Positions 40,662 through 49,308 of a DNA stretch of 64,000 bases are shown piece by piece. Numbering within the stretch: the first letter of the stretch is position 1; each line of letters opens with the position of its first letter. The stretch is from a virus. The notes below the pieces were generated by a model. It saw nothing but the letters and a program-made list of their open reading frames with translations. It did no database searches and had not been told where the DNA came from. The stretch lies in the IMG/VR virus record IMGVR_UViG_3300021962_000059. The stretch is one strand, 5' to 3'. The position numbers and the translations under genes were made by a program.

Positions 40662-40771
40662 GTGTGTACAGTCTCCATCCAAACCTATAAATAACCAATT
40701 TCAATATAAAATTTTCGTCTCTGAAGGAAGTGTAAAGTATCTAGCGTGGAAGTGGCCTCCACGCTTTTTTA
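40662..40771 (+). ncRNA. Candidate ~110 nt sRNA (promoter plus intrinsic terminator)
   Basis: Lies downstream of the 40627 promoter and ends in the hairpin AGCGTGGA-N7-TCCACGCT (40743-40765) plus TTTTTTATTTT. It contains no ORF. Confidence 0.45.
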
Positions 40772-41413
40772 TTTTGTCCATCCAAAATTTAACGAGAGCA
40801 TATTCTGGCTAGGGCGTGTCCTGGAATTAGAAAAAACAAAATAACAACCACAATTAGCCCGACAAGTGCATTTTTCAGTCGGTCGGGGGAGTGTTCCAAT
40901 TGGCTGCCAACCGGCACTCTCATAAAAAAGACACTCTTGGCAAGATTCTCTTTTGGTAATTATTCTCTTTTCCCACTTGTTGATTAGAGCGTGACCTCTC
41001 CTATTCCCCTCTTCAAAAGCTTCCCTAGACTTAGCAACATACATCTTAGAGCGGTTTATTATTTGGGCTTCTGATTGAGTACCCAAAATAATATCGCGGG
41101 AAAATTTTCTTAATCGTGCGTATTGCGTCCTAAGCATCTGACCGATTCTACCGTAGTCAGAAGCGTTCATATCGGGTTTACCAATCCGATAAAGTTGAAT
41201 AGTTAGGTCTTTAATCTCAAAAGACATCTTTTCTTCCCACTCGCTGACAGTTATTTTTTTCTGCAAAAGGTCACGGGTAAGTTTATCTGTTTTTTGGATA
41301 CGGGCATTAATAGTTTGTTGGGAGATTTGTCTAACTTTTTCGGTAGAGACAAATCTACCTGTTCTATTATCTCGATAGCGTCGAGTTGCAGGATTAAAGG
41401 AAAAATCATTCAT
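40769..41413 (-). CDS. Head morphogenesis protein, SPP1 gp7 / Mu F-like
   Basis: The C-terminal CQECLFYESAGWQPIGTLPRPTEKCTCRANCGCYFVF is the typical Mu F family ending. Position near the portal agrees. Confidence 0.65.
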   Translation of the reverse strand: MNDFSFNPATRRYRDNRTGRFVSTEKVRQISQQTINARIQKTDKLTRDLLQKKITVSEWEEKMSFEIKDLTIQLYRIGKPDMNASDYGRIGQMLRTQYARLRKFSRDIILGTQSEAQIINRSKMYVAKSREAFEEGNRRGHALINKWEKRIITKRESCQECLFYESAGWQPIGTLPRPTEKCTCRANCGCYFVFSNSRTRPSQNMLSLNFGWTK

Positions 41414-41576
41414 AATTTATTTCTGGTTCTAATAGATTCTTAAATTCATCATCCGGAGGTTTCTTTTTCCAGTCGTCAATAGCTTTTTGAATGTCATCGG
41501 CTGTTACTTCGGCTCTTTCTAGTAATCGAGCAACTGGTTGTAGGTTTTTATCTTCTGGGTTGAATTTATCTGTCAT
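41406..41576 (-). CDS. Small acidic protein (56 aa, below cutoff)
   Basis: MTDKFNPEDKNLQPVARLLERAEVTADDIQKAIDDWKKKPPDDEFKNLLEPEINYE. Overlaps the next start. Confidence 0.35.
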   Translation of the reverse strand: MTDKFNPEDKNLQPVARLLERAEVTADDIQKAIDDWKKKPPDDEFKNLLEPEINYE

Positions 41577-41578
41577 GG

Positions 41579-41788
41579 TTATTTGTCTCCCAGTCCGTCA
41601 TAAACTAATTCTTGGGTGTTTTCTGATTTATTAAGTTTAGCCTTTAGATCACGGTTTTTAACTTCTAACATTTTCACCTTTAACTTTAATTTTTCATGAT
41701 CAAACATCAGGTTGTCGTAAGAATCGATTAATTCAGCGTATTCGGCTCTCAAATCTTCGATGATAGCGTCAAAATTGTTGTTATTCAT
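41579..41788 (-). CDS. Coiled-coil protein (69 aa)
   Basis: Heptad-rich sequence LKLKVKMLEVKNRDLKAKL. Confidence 0.4.
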   Translation of the reverse strand: MNNNNFDAIIEDLRAEYAELIDSYDNLMFDHEKLKLKVKMLEVKNRDLKAKLNKSENTQELVYDGLGDK

Positions 41789-41846
41789 GATTCTTTTATT
41801 TTTAATTTTAACATATTGTCGTTAACTATAATTTCTTCTGTCATGG

Positions 41847-42779
41847 TTAGAATAAGGCTAATTGTAATGGAAAATTATCTAGTGGTTCTTCTGGTTCCTC
41901 TATCGGTTCATCTGGAATATGTTCTATGGGTTGGTCTAATCTGTTACAAGCTATTCGATAATATTCTAGTTCTTTCTCGATACAGATATAATTTCTACCC
42001 AATTCTTTGCAAGCTAAGGCAGTAGTACCAGAACCACAAAAAGGGTCGAGGACTGTCCCACCGGGAGGAGTTAACATCTCTACTAACCGTTTCATTACTT
42101 CTATTGGCTTTTCTGTGGGATGATTGTAGATACCCTTTCCTGCTCGTCCTGGCTGCCGATAAGGCGGCAAAAAAGACCATACATTTGTAAAATTAACATC
42201 TCTAACCGCATATTCGCCTCTGTTATATTCCATCTTTTTAAATTTTCTTGTTACGTTAAACCTTAACCTTTGAGTATCGCCAAATTCTGTTGGTTCTCCA
42301 AATGAACCAGTTTCTATTTTTTTAATTAGTGCAGCAAAGTATCTTTTATAAGATTCTATGCTATGTGTATCAAACATGATACCTGGTATTTTAACATCTG
42401 AATAACGACCAGTCACTTTATTCGCTTTGTGATGCTTACTTGTTCTATATAGTATTATCGACTCATGGCTTTTAGAAAGATTGCTAGGATGAGTTGAGAC
42501 AGTAACTCTTTTTACCCATGAGATATGTTCGTAATAATGCAGCTTCTCATTATTAGCCAAATTAATCCAATTAACCATCGTTGGCATTTGTCCAAAAAAG
42601 CAATAAAAGCCATTAGTAACTCGTTTTACTTCTCTGGTAAATAATGGAATATCAATTGCAGAATCCCATTCAGCCAATCCAATGCCATAAGGCGGATCAG
42701 TTATCACAGCATCTATTGAACCATCAGGAATATCTTTTAAAACATCAAAACAATCGCCGTGAATAATTTGATTAATCAT
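41847..42779 (-). CDS. DNA methyltransferase, beta-class N6A/N4C (PF01555-like)
   Basis: Motif IV VITDPPYGIG is N-terminal and motif I VLDPFCGSGTTALAC is C-terminal. Confidence 0.8.
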   Translation of the reverse strand: MINQIIHGDCFDVLKDIPDGSIDAVITDPPYGIGLAEWDSAIDIPLFTREVKRVTNGFYCFFGQMPTMVNWINLANNEKLHYYEHISWVKRVTVSTHPSNLSKSHESIILYRTSKHHKANKVTGRYSDVKIPGIMFDTHSIESYKRYFAALIKKIETGSFGEPTEFGDTQRLRFNVTRKFKKMEYNRGEYAVRDVNFTNVWSFLPPYRQPGRAGKGIYNHPTEKPIEVMKRLVEMLTPPGGTVLDPFCGSGTTALACKELGRNYICIEKELEYYRIACNRLDQPIEHIPDEPIEEPEEPLDNFPLQLALF

Positions 42780-44046
42780 TTTGATTTATATTTAATTTTT
42801 TAACAGGTTGTTTATTGGTTTCTTCATCAGTTAAATCAGAACCAGTATCCTCAACTTCGCCCCCTGACATACCATCGATAGACTCACTCCATTCTGGCCA
42901 CAATATCCGATATTTATTCCTAGCATTTTCAGCATAAAAGTCTAAACCTTTTCTAAGAATAATTTCCGTATCGATGACCTGCTTAATCGCACCGCTAAGA
43001 AGCTGACACCATCCGTATCTCATCCTAGAATACCGACGGTCAGGCGAGCGGGATAACTCTTTAGTTCCCCCTTTTGACTCTAACCCCGGAAAGAAATAGG
43101 TAGGGAATCCGGGGATAATTAGCTTATACCGGCATTGTAAAAGAGTTTCAATTAACCCTGTTAAATCAGAGTTAAAATTAGCCATTTTGCGAATATCTTG
43201 ACCGGGAAACTTGAGAACATGATCGGTTATAATACCACTTTTCCTACGGATTCCTAAGTCTCGTTCGTAACTCTCAGACTGTTCTTTAGATACCCCCGGC
43301 ATGATATGAAGGGTCGGGGAAACTCCCAAGTCATTAGATGCCCTAATTAAATTATCAAAAGCTTGTTTAACATCAGCCCACGCATCTAAGGACGCTAACC
43401 AAAGAGAGCGACCATAAAGGAAATCAGGTTCATGGCGAATATGACAGATTTTATAGGGTTCAAAAAAATAATCAGGGTCAGAATCTGAAACGTATTTTCT
43501 TTGCTCAAAACCAATTAATTCCCCTTGATCAGTTTCTTTTCTAAAGATCTCAAAGGTAGGTAGATAAAGAGTCTTTGTTACACAAAAGTCTTTGGATTTG
43601 TTAGCAGATAAACCCTCTCTTTCAATACCTAACTCTAGGAAACATTCCCCTTTTCCTAATGCCCATCTTAAAGCTTTTTTAAGCCTATCCCCACCAATCA
43701 CATAGGTTGAAAAATTTTGTTTTCTTAATCTAATATCCTCAGCAATAGCAAACACTTCTGGGTTAATAGGAGTGTCTTCATCGTCTAGGGTTTTGGCTAC
43801 CATCCATCCTTGATCATCCCCATCATCAGAAGCAAAGGTATCAGAAGCGGCCATATCTAAGGCGTGAATGACCTCATAACACCACTGATTAAGTTCGATT
43901 AATTCTCTCGATATTCTCGGATCACGGATAGGATTTTCCGTAATCTCCAAATCATACCGACGCGATACCGACACGATCCCTGGTGAGGAGAGGGAACGCT
44001 GAGAACCTCTTAATGTTTGGTCATCCTTTTTCTTCTTTTTTGCCAT
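42772..44046 (-). CDS. Portal protein candidate (424 aa)
   Basis: Called from its size and its position upstream of the MuF-like, protease and MCP genes. No motif recognised by eye. Confidence 0.5.
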   Translation of the reverse strand: MAKKKKKDDQTLRGSQRSLSSPGIVSVSRRYDLEITENPIRDPRISRELIELNQWCYEVIHALDMAASDTFASDDGDDQGWMVAKTLDDEDTPINPEVFAIAEDIRLRKQNFSTYVIGGDRLKKALRWALGKGECFLELGIEREGLSANKSKDFCVTKTLYLPTFEIFRKETDQGELIGFEQRKYVSDSDPDYFFEPYKICHIRHEPDFLYGRSLWLASLDAWADVKQAFDNLIRASNDLGVSPTLHIMPGVSKEQSESYERDLGIRRKSGIITDHVLKFPGQDIRKMANFNSDLTGLIETLLQCRYKLIIPGFPTYFFPGLESKGGTKELSRSPDRRYSRMRYGWCQLLSGAIKQVIDTEIILRKGLDFYAENARNKYRILWPEWSESIDGMSGGEVEDTGSDLTDEETNKQPVKKLNINQND

Positions 44047-44079
44047 TGGAACTGCCGTGTACTACTTCTATGATATAAG

Positions 44080-44111
44080 AAAAAAAGACCATTTTGTTAA
44101 TGGTCTTTTTT
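44080..44111 (-). terminator. Bidirectional terminator AGACCATT-TTGT-AATGGTCT
   Basis: 8 bp stem flanked by an A7 run and a T5-6 run. On the minus strand it follows 44131..44406. Confidence 0.65.
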
Positions 44112-44130
44112 AAATCACCCAAGGAGAAAT

Positions 44131-44406
44131 CTAAATATTAAAAAATCTATCGAATGTTCCGTCGCTCCGCAAAACCCTTCTTTCGTCAATATCATCACTG
44201 GAAAAAAATAAATCGGTAATTATTGCTTGCATTAAGACATTAGCTGCTTTATTGGATATTGTAATTCCCACTCTTGAGGTCGCATCCACTACATAATTAT
44301 CCCCTACGGGACAATGAGTAATTGTAACAATCTTGTAACAGTCGATAAACTCTGGATAACTATCTACGGTTTCTAAAATCAACGGACGAAATTCTCTTGT
44401 ATTCAT
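44131..44406 (-). CDS. Hypothetical protein (91 aa) in a moron-like unit
   Basis: Has its own consensus promoter and terminator. Confidence 0.5.
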   Translation of the reverse strand: MNTREFRPLILETVDSYPEFIDCYKIVTITHCPVGDNYVVDATSRVGITISNKAANVLMQAIITDLFFSSDDIDERRVLRSDGTFDRFFNI

Positions 44407-44428
44407 GATAACCTCTTAACCTAACTAA

Positions 44429-44457
44429 ATATTACAGATTACTTTTTGAATTGTCAA
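44429..44457 (-). promoter_or_regulatory. Consensus promoter cTTGACAATTC-N-TAATAT
   Basis: -35 TTGACA (44457-44452), 17 bp spacer, -10 TAATAT (44434-44429). Confidence 0.6.
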
Positions 44458-44461
44458 GATT

Positions 44462-45220
44462 TTAGATAAATCTTAAAGCCCTCTCGTAATACCGTTTTCT
44501 TTCAGCTAGTCCATTTGTACCACCGTTGACGCGGCGGGTAACTTGTTCAACGGTTGCCCCACGGTCGCATAATTCATTCATTTTGTTATTTTGCCACCAA
44601 AACCCAGAAGGTAAAAACAAATATCTTTCGCTGACATATCGCCACCCTTCCATAACACGCTGATCGCCTATGTAGTTAGCAAATGCCTGATAATTAGCTC
44701 TGCCAGTCATTTGCAAGGCATCTACACCTCTAAACTTTCTCCCATCACCAGGACGGGTATTTCCTAAGTCTCTACGCTCTTCATAATTTGAGCCGTCATG
44801 AATTTCTACCATAAACCTTAAGCCTGCTGATTCATGGGCTATTTGACTTAAAAAGTGCCTTACTCTTGGTAGCGTGATAATATCAAATCTCTTAAGGCAT
44901 TCATCTAATTTTTGGAACTGAAAATCAGTAATTTTATCGTTAAGCCTATCAAACACAGCCTCAACTTGATCCTTGCGAACCACAGTAGGATTAAGGTCGT
45001 CAAAGTGACTAACAAATGCGTACCAGTTAAATCTACCCTCAATCGGTGGTTTTATTTCTATTAAATAGTGATTTTTTTCTCTTCTAATGATTTGATTATA
45101 AATTACCTTTTGACCAGATTTAATTGGAACTGATCTAAAGTCTTGGGGAAGACTTTCAGAACTAGAGTCGATTAGGTGAGACTTTAAGATAGTGTTGCGA
45201 TTTGCTGTTAGGGATTTCAT
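44462..45220 (-). CDS. Endolysin, glycoside hydrolase family 19-like
   Basis: HFLSQIAHESAGLRFMVEI...YEERRDLGNTRPGDGRKFRGVDALQMTGRANYQAF matches the GH19 catalytic region. Confidence 0.75.
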   Translation of the reverse strand: MKSLTANRNTILKSHLIDSSSESLPQDFRSVPIKSGQKVIYNQIIRREKNHYLIEIKPPIEGRFNWYAFVSHFDDLNPTVVRKDQVEAVFDRLNDKITDFQFQKLDECLKRFDIITLPRVRHFLSQIAHESAGLRFMVEIHDGSNYEERRDLGNTRPGDGRKFRGVDALQMTGRANYQAFANYIGDQRVMEGWRYVSERYLFLPSGFWWQNNKMNELCDRGATVEQVTRRVNGGTNGLAERKRYYERALRFI

Positions 45221-45251
45221 AGTAGTTTAGCTAGTAAAGTTGACAATTCTA

Positions 45252-45659
45252 TTAAGGTTTATGTTCAAGTATTCCAATTCGTCTGTCAAATTCTTCCTGT
45301 TTCCTGCGAATTGTTTCTATTTGATCAAAAATAGATGAGAAAGTTTCTTGTTTGGCTTTAATTAGGCTCATCTCTTTGTCGAGTTGAGATGTTAATGTGG
45401 TCAGTTTTTCTATTCCTGTTGATAGTTTTTCGACCATTTTCTCTAGTTTCTGTTCAAAAGATTCCATCTTCCTTGATATCTTCTCAAGGGTTTCGTGATC
45501 AAGTTCTTTAGCCTGTGATCTGGTATTTTTTGAAAGCACACTAAGTAATGCTATTGCAATAGCCAAAACAGTGCCGATGTCATTAAGACTTATTTTTAGA
45601 CCATAATTCCCAGCATAAGGGGGATGGCTTTGGTTGTTAGCAACAGAAATATAATACAT
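45252..45659 (-). CDS. Membrane-anchored coiled-coil protein (holin or spanin candidate)
   Basis: One TM segment (IGTVLAIAIALLSVL), then coiled coil. It lies directly upstream of the endolysin. Confidence 0.4.
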   Translation of the reverse strand: MYYISVANNQSHPPYAGNYGLKISLNDIGTVLAIAIALLSVLSKNTRSQAKELDHETLEKISRKMESFEQKLEKMVEKLSTGIEKLTTLTSQLDKEMSLIKAKQETFSSIFDQIETIRRKQEEFDRRIGILEHKP

Positions 45660-45718
45660 AGTAAAAGGGGATGTATTTGGTTGGTAACAGAAATATAATA
45701 CATAGTAAAAGGGGAGTA
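45631..45718 (-). repeat. 44 bp tandem duplication covering the start codon context
   Basis: AACAGAAATATAATACATAGTAAAAGGGGA occurs at 45642-45671 and again at 45686-45715. Confidence 0.85.
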
Positions 45719-45768
45719 TAAAACCATTCTAGTCTTTTTTCTTTACTAGATAAAATATTTAAAAAAAG

Positions 45769-48714
45769 TTAACCTTGTCTTGGAGGTGCAAGATAAAAAT
45801 CATTACCTTTCATAAAGTTTCCAAAGCTAGGGATACCTCCAAAGTTTTGAACGTTATCCCAATCGTTTCTACAGGCATTATAGGTACGCTCACAACCAGC
45901 AGTTAAAATTACCTTGTCATGGGCGGCGATAGAGTCAGCCGCACCAGTAAATAACTCAATTCTAGTCCTTTGACCAGATTGCTGAATAGTTTGGTAGATT
46001 GCATAAGTAGCTGATTTATTTTTCCCATCGATAAAGGTACACTTCCCCCATCTAAGGTTAGCAAAATTATCGCCGTAAACGTCAAAAACACGACGATCAC
46101 CGACGCTGGCAACGTAAGTGGTATAAGTTGGGGGGATTTTTCGACAACCAGTTCCATCGCCGTTATCTTGCCCAAAAAACCATCGACAAGATGGGGATGT
46201 TTTTTCGTCTCTAGACTGTCTAAGCTTAATGCTCCCTTCTGTGAGATTTTCGAGAGTATAAGCCTCCTCGCTTTTTGATGTAATTTCTCCTATATATCCG
46301 ACCTGTACCTGTTCGTCAGGAAGACTAAGAAGTGAGTTAGGAAGATTACGCCAATTGACTACGGCTGTGATAATTTTTGCCTCTTGAAATCGGTCTGAGA
46401 AGATTAAATTTTCTGTAATATTGTCGCTAAAAGCTCCCCGCATTTCTTCATTATCTGCCTCAATTCCTAGCTTTCTTTCTAGGGCTGTGGGGTCAAGGGC
46501 ATGATGTGATTTAAATACTATCCCATCGATTATTAAATCACGGGAAAAGTTGGTATATCCTAATTTTTGCCCGTCCGTAAGTTCAATTAAAATACATCGA
46601 CAAAGGGTTAGAACGGGACTTGAGAGATTACCATTTGTCCCATTGTCTATTACTATTCCCTCGCTAAATCTTCTAATCTGTAATTCTCCAAGAGAATAAA
46701 TTTTTAGAGATGTTTGGTTCTGATAGCTTAAACTTTGAGAGTTAAACCTAGATACAATTGATGAATTGTTAACTAAATCTGGGTAGCGAAAGGTAGCACC
46801 CGAACCTTTAGCACACAGCCATAAACAAATTAAATATTCAATATCTTTTTGATCAAGGGTCTTTCTTTGTTGTAAAGAGTTTATATCAGCAGGCGCATTT
46901 CTCCTAGAGTATCTTTTTCTTTCTCCAGAAGATAAAGTGATTATATTGGTTTCAAATTGAGGGCTAATAGTAGATTGCTTGGTTAGATTAAGTGCAAAAT
47001 CGTGGTTAATTGTAGCGTTAAAAATATCAGGCGGGATAATATCTGGTTCAATTCTTGATTCACGCAAAATAAGGTTTGGGACTGAAAAAAGACCGTTAAT
47101 ATTGGTCGGATTTCCGTTGACAGTTTTAACAATTGGTTGATAATCTAACTTATCCTCTTCAAAGTGGCAAAGGGTTTTAAATGTTCCTTCCCAAGTTAGT
47201 GTTCCAGGGTTAGGAGGTGTTTCAAACACTACTCTATCGGGAGTCACGCAATAACCAGATAGTAATGTATTACCTTGATAGATTTTAGGGTTAAAAGGGT
47301 ATTCATGAAGAGCAAATTTATATCTCTGGTTAAAATATCGAGTGGTCGTAATATCTGGTACTGGTAAATTTGGTTGCCCTCCCCATGTGTGTACCCACCA
47401 CGCTTCATAGATATGCCTTCTGCCATTATCACCTATTGGAGTGAGTAAAGTGTGTCTAATCCAATCGTATTGTCCATTGCCAGATTTAATACCAACGACA
47501 ATAGCATAATGGCTTATAGGTAATAAAAATATTGGATTAGGAGCGTTAAAAACAATATTATTAGTACCTGATGGAATATTGCTGGGAATAATAAAATCTG
47601 TTACTTTGTCCCAATGATAGTTATTATAACTTACCTCGTTATTTCCAAAAGGGAAAGATCCCCTGTACAAACTAACTACTAATTCAGAAGAAGGAACAAC
47701 TTGAGTTAACCTAAGAGTAATTGAACCAAGCCAATATCCATCAACCTTTCTTAGACTAGGATTCTCGAAATTATCTGTAGGAACTTCAAAATAAGCCGCT
47801 CTCCATCGATCAACTGTTATATCGTCATAACCACTAGATTCGCTGATTGGACGTACAGTATCAACAAATGTCCTTGAGTTATAAGGTGGTTCGGGATAGA
47901 GGATTGGTCGATAATATTCATTTCCCCCGCAAGAATATTTTTTAGTTAATAGAAACTCTGTTCTTATTCCGTCAGCACTGGGATAAAGAACACCTTGAGT
48001 TGATACGCCGTTCTCAAGTATTTTAGGATTTTTTGTAGCTTCAAAATCGGATAAGTCTCGATAGAGGAGACCTCCTTTTGCCCCTTTAACGGCTTCATGA
48101 AAGTCTAAGAGATTGTTTAGATCATCAGATTTTAAAGCAGTACGGGAAAGATTAAAAATACGAATGGGGTCAGCCCATTCTATAATTCTTTGTTCTGCTG
48201 TCCCAGTGTTGTCATATTCAAAGTTAGAAAATTGAATTTCTGTCTGATAGTCTCGATCAGGAACTATCGGGAAATTAGGAGTATTTAAAGGGTAAGGGCT
48301 TAATGGAAAATAAATAGGATTAATAATAGGAGCGACTTCTATAATTTCAACATTGTAAGCTAATTTTGTAGATTCAGGAGGAGAACTTAATGGAGAATAA
48401 CTAGGGCAAGTTCTTTTTAAATTTACTCCACTAGGAAAAACAAACTCTCCATTAAATACAAACTTACTGGTTACGGTGTCTCTAATATACTGAGATTCTG
48501 CTATTGGATAAATATCGACTTGTTGTCCATATTTAGTCTCAATCTTCCATATCTGATCAAATTGGTTTATCCCCCCAGTGATTGTTAAAAAGGGATTTTT
48601 ATCCCAAGAAATGGGGGTGACGGTTCTCCAAAATATAGGATTATCTTGAGTCCCATCTAAGCTTTTTTCTCTAGCGGTTCCAAAAACGTGATAATAAATA
48701 TTGTGCTGGTTCAT
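45769..48714 (-). CDS. Distal tail / hub protein: GTA gp12-like (DUF2460) plus gp13-like (DUF2163/BR0599) fusion
   Basis: FEYDNTGTAEQRIIEWADPIRIFNLS...LLDFHEAVKGAKGGLLYRDLSDFEAT is DUF2460-like. The C-terminal ILTAGCERTYNACRNDWDNVQNFGGIPSFGNFMKGND is BR0599-like. Confidence 0.6.
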   Translation of the reverse strand: MNQHNIYYHVFGTAREKSLDGTQDNPIFWRTVTPISWDKNPFLTITGGINQFDQIWKIETKYGQQVDIYPIAESQYIRDTVTSKFVFNGEFVFPSGVNLKRTCPSYSPLSSPPESTKLAYNVEIIEVAPIINPIYFPLSPYPLNTPNFPIVPDRDYQTEIQFSNFEYDNTGTAEQRIIEWADPIRIFNLSRTALKSDDLNNLLDFHEAVKGAKGGLLYRDLSDFEATKNPKILENGVSTQGVLYPSADGIRTEFLLTKKYSCGGNEYYRPILYPEPPYNSRTFVDTVRPISESSGYDDITVDRWRAAYFEVPTDNFENPSLRKVDGYWLGSITLRLTQVVPSSELVVSLYRGSFPFGNNEVSYNNYHWDKVTDFIIPSNIPSGTNNIVFNAPNPIFLLPISHYAIVVGIKSGNGQYDWIRHTLLTPIGDNGRRHIYEAWWVHTWGGQPNLPVPDITTTRYFNQRYKFALHEYPFNPKIYQGNTLLSGYCVTPDRVVFETPPNPGTLTWEGTFKTLCHFEEDKLDYQPIVKTVNGNPTNINGLFSVPNLILRESRIEPDIIPPDIFNATINHDFALNLTKQSTISPQFETNIITLSSGERKRYSRRNAPADINSLQQRKTLDQKDIEYLICLWLCAKGSGATFRYPDLVNNSSIVSRFNSQSLSYQNQTSLKIYSLGELQIRRFSEGIVIDNGTNGNLSSPVLTLCRCILIELTDGQKLGYTNFSRDLIIDGIVFKSHHALDPTALERKLGIEADNEEMRGAFSDNITENLIFSDRFQEAKIITAVVNWRNLPNSLLSLPDEQVQVGYIGEITSKSEEAYTLENLTEGSIKLRQSRDEKTSPSCRWFFGQDNGDGTGCRKIPPTYTTYVASVGDRRVFDVYGDNFANLRWGKCTFIDGKNKSATYAIYQTIQQSGQRTRIELFTGAADSIAAHDKVILTAGCERTYNACRNDWDNVQNFGGIPSFGNFMKGNDFYLAPPRQG

Positions 48715-48765
48715 AGATTTAGGGTAATTCTATAATGAAAATGTGATACTTAGAAAATTTAAATA

Positions 48766-49308
48766 TCAATAACTTTGTCCGTTGATGCTAAATTGAAAAG
48801 GACCAGACCCAGAAAAAACACCCCAAATATTTGAAGCCCCTTGATCATTGCTAAAAATAGCCTGATCACCGATCAACCAACCAGTCAACCCTGTTTCTAC
48901 AGTAGAATCAGTCTTAGCCCAAAAATATCTTCCACTACCAATTGAAACCCCAGCAACTAACCAGTAAGTAGTATTAGCGGTTAATAGTTGCGGACTGGTA
49001 AGCGTAAACTCGTAATTGTTAGTGCCACCAATAGAAGGAACATTGAAATTCATTATCTCAGTGTTTGGGCTTCCACTGCCACTATAGAGTTTAACAAACA
49101 AAGAACCCGAAGTGAATTGACCAAACCGAAGAGTGACCGAGCTAATAACATGAACATTACTGGCATTGCCAGTTTGAAAACTTGAACTCACCCATTGATC
49201 GTTTTTTACCTCGAATCCCGCACTAGCTGGAGTTATTGGGGGTCGGTTGCTAACAAGATTTATTACCTGATTAGGGATTGGCATCGGATCAATAGTCAAT
49301 GGCAACAT
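48766..49308 (-). CDS. Tail-associated lectin-like protein (180 aa)
   Basis: Beta-rich. LLTANTTYWLVAGVSIGSGRYFW resembles a segment inside the hub protein. Confidence 0.4.
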   Translation of the reverse strand: MLPLTIDPMPIPNQVINLVSNRPPITPASAGFEVKNDQWVSSSFQTGNASNVHVISSVTLRFGQFTSGSLFVKLYSGSGSPNTEIMNFNVPSIGGTNNYEFTLTSPQLLTANTTYWLVAGVSIGSGRYFWAKTDSTVETGLTGWLIGDQAIFSNDQGASNIWGVFSGSGPFQFSINGQSY

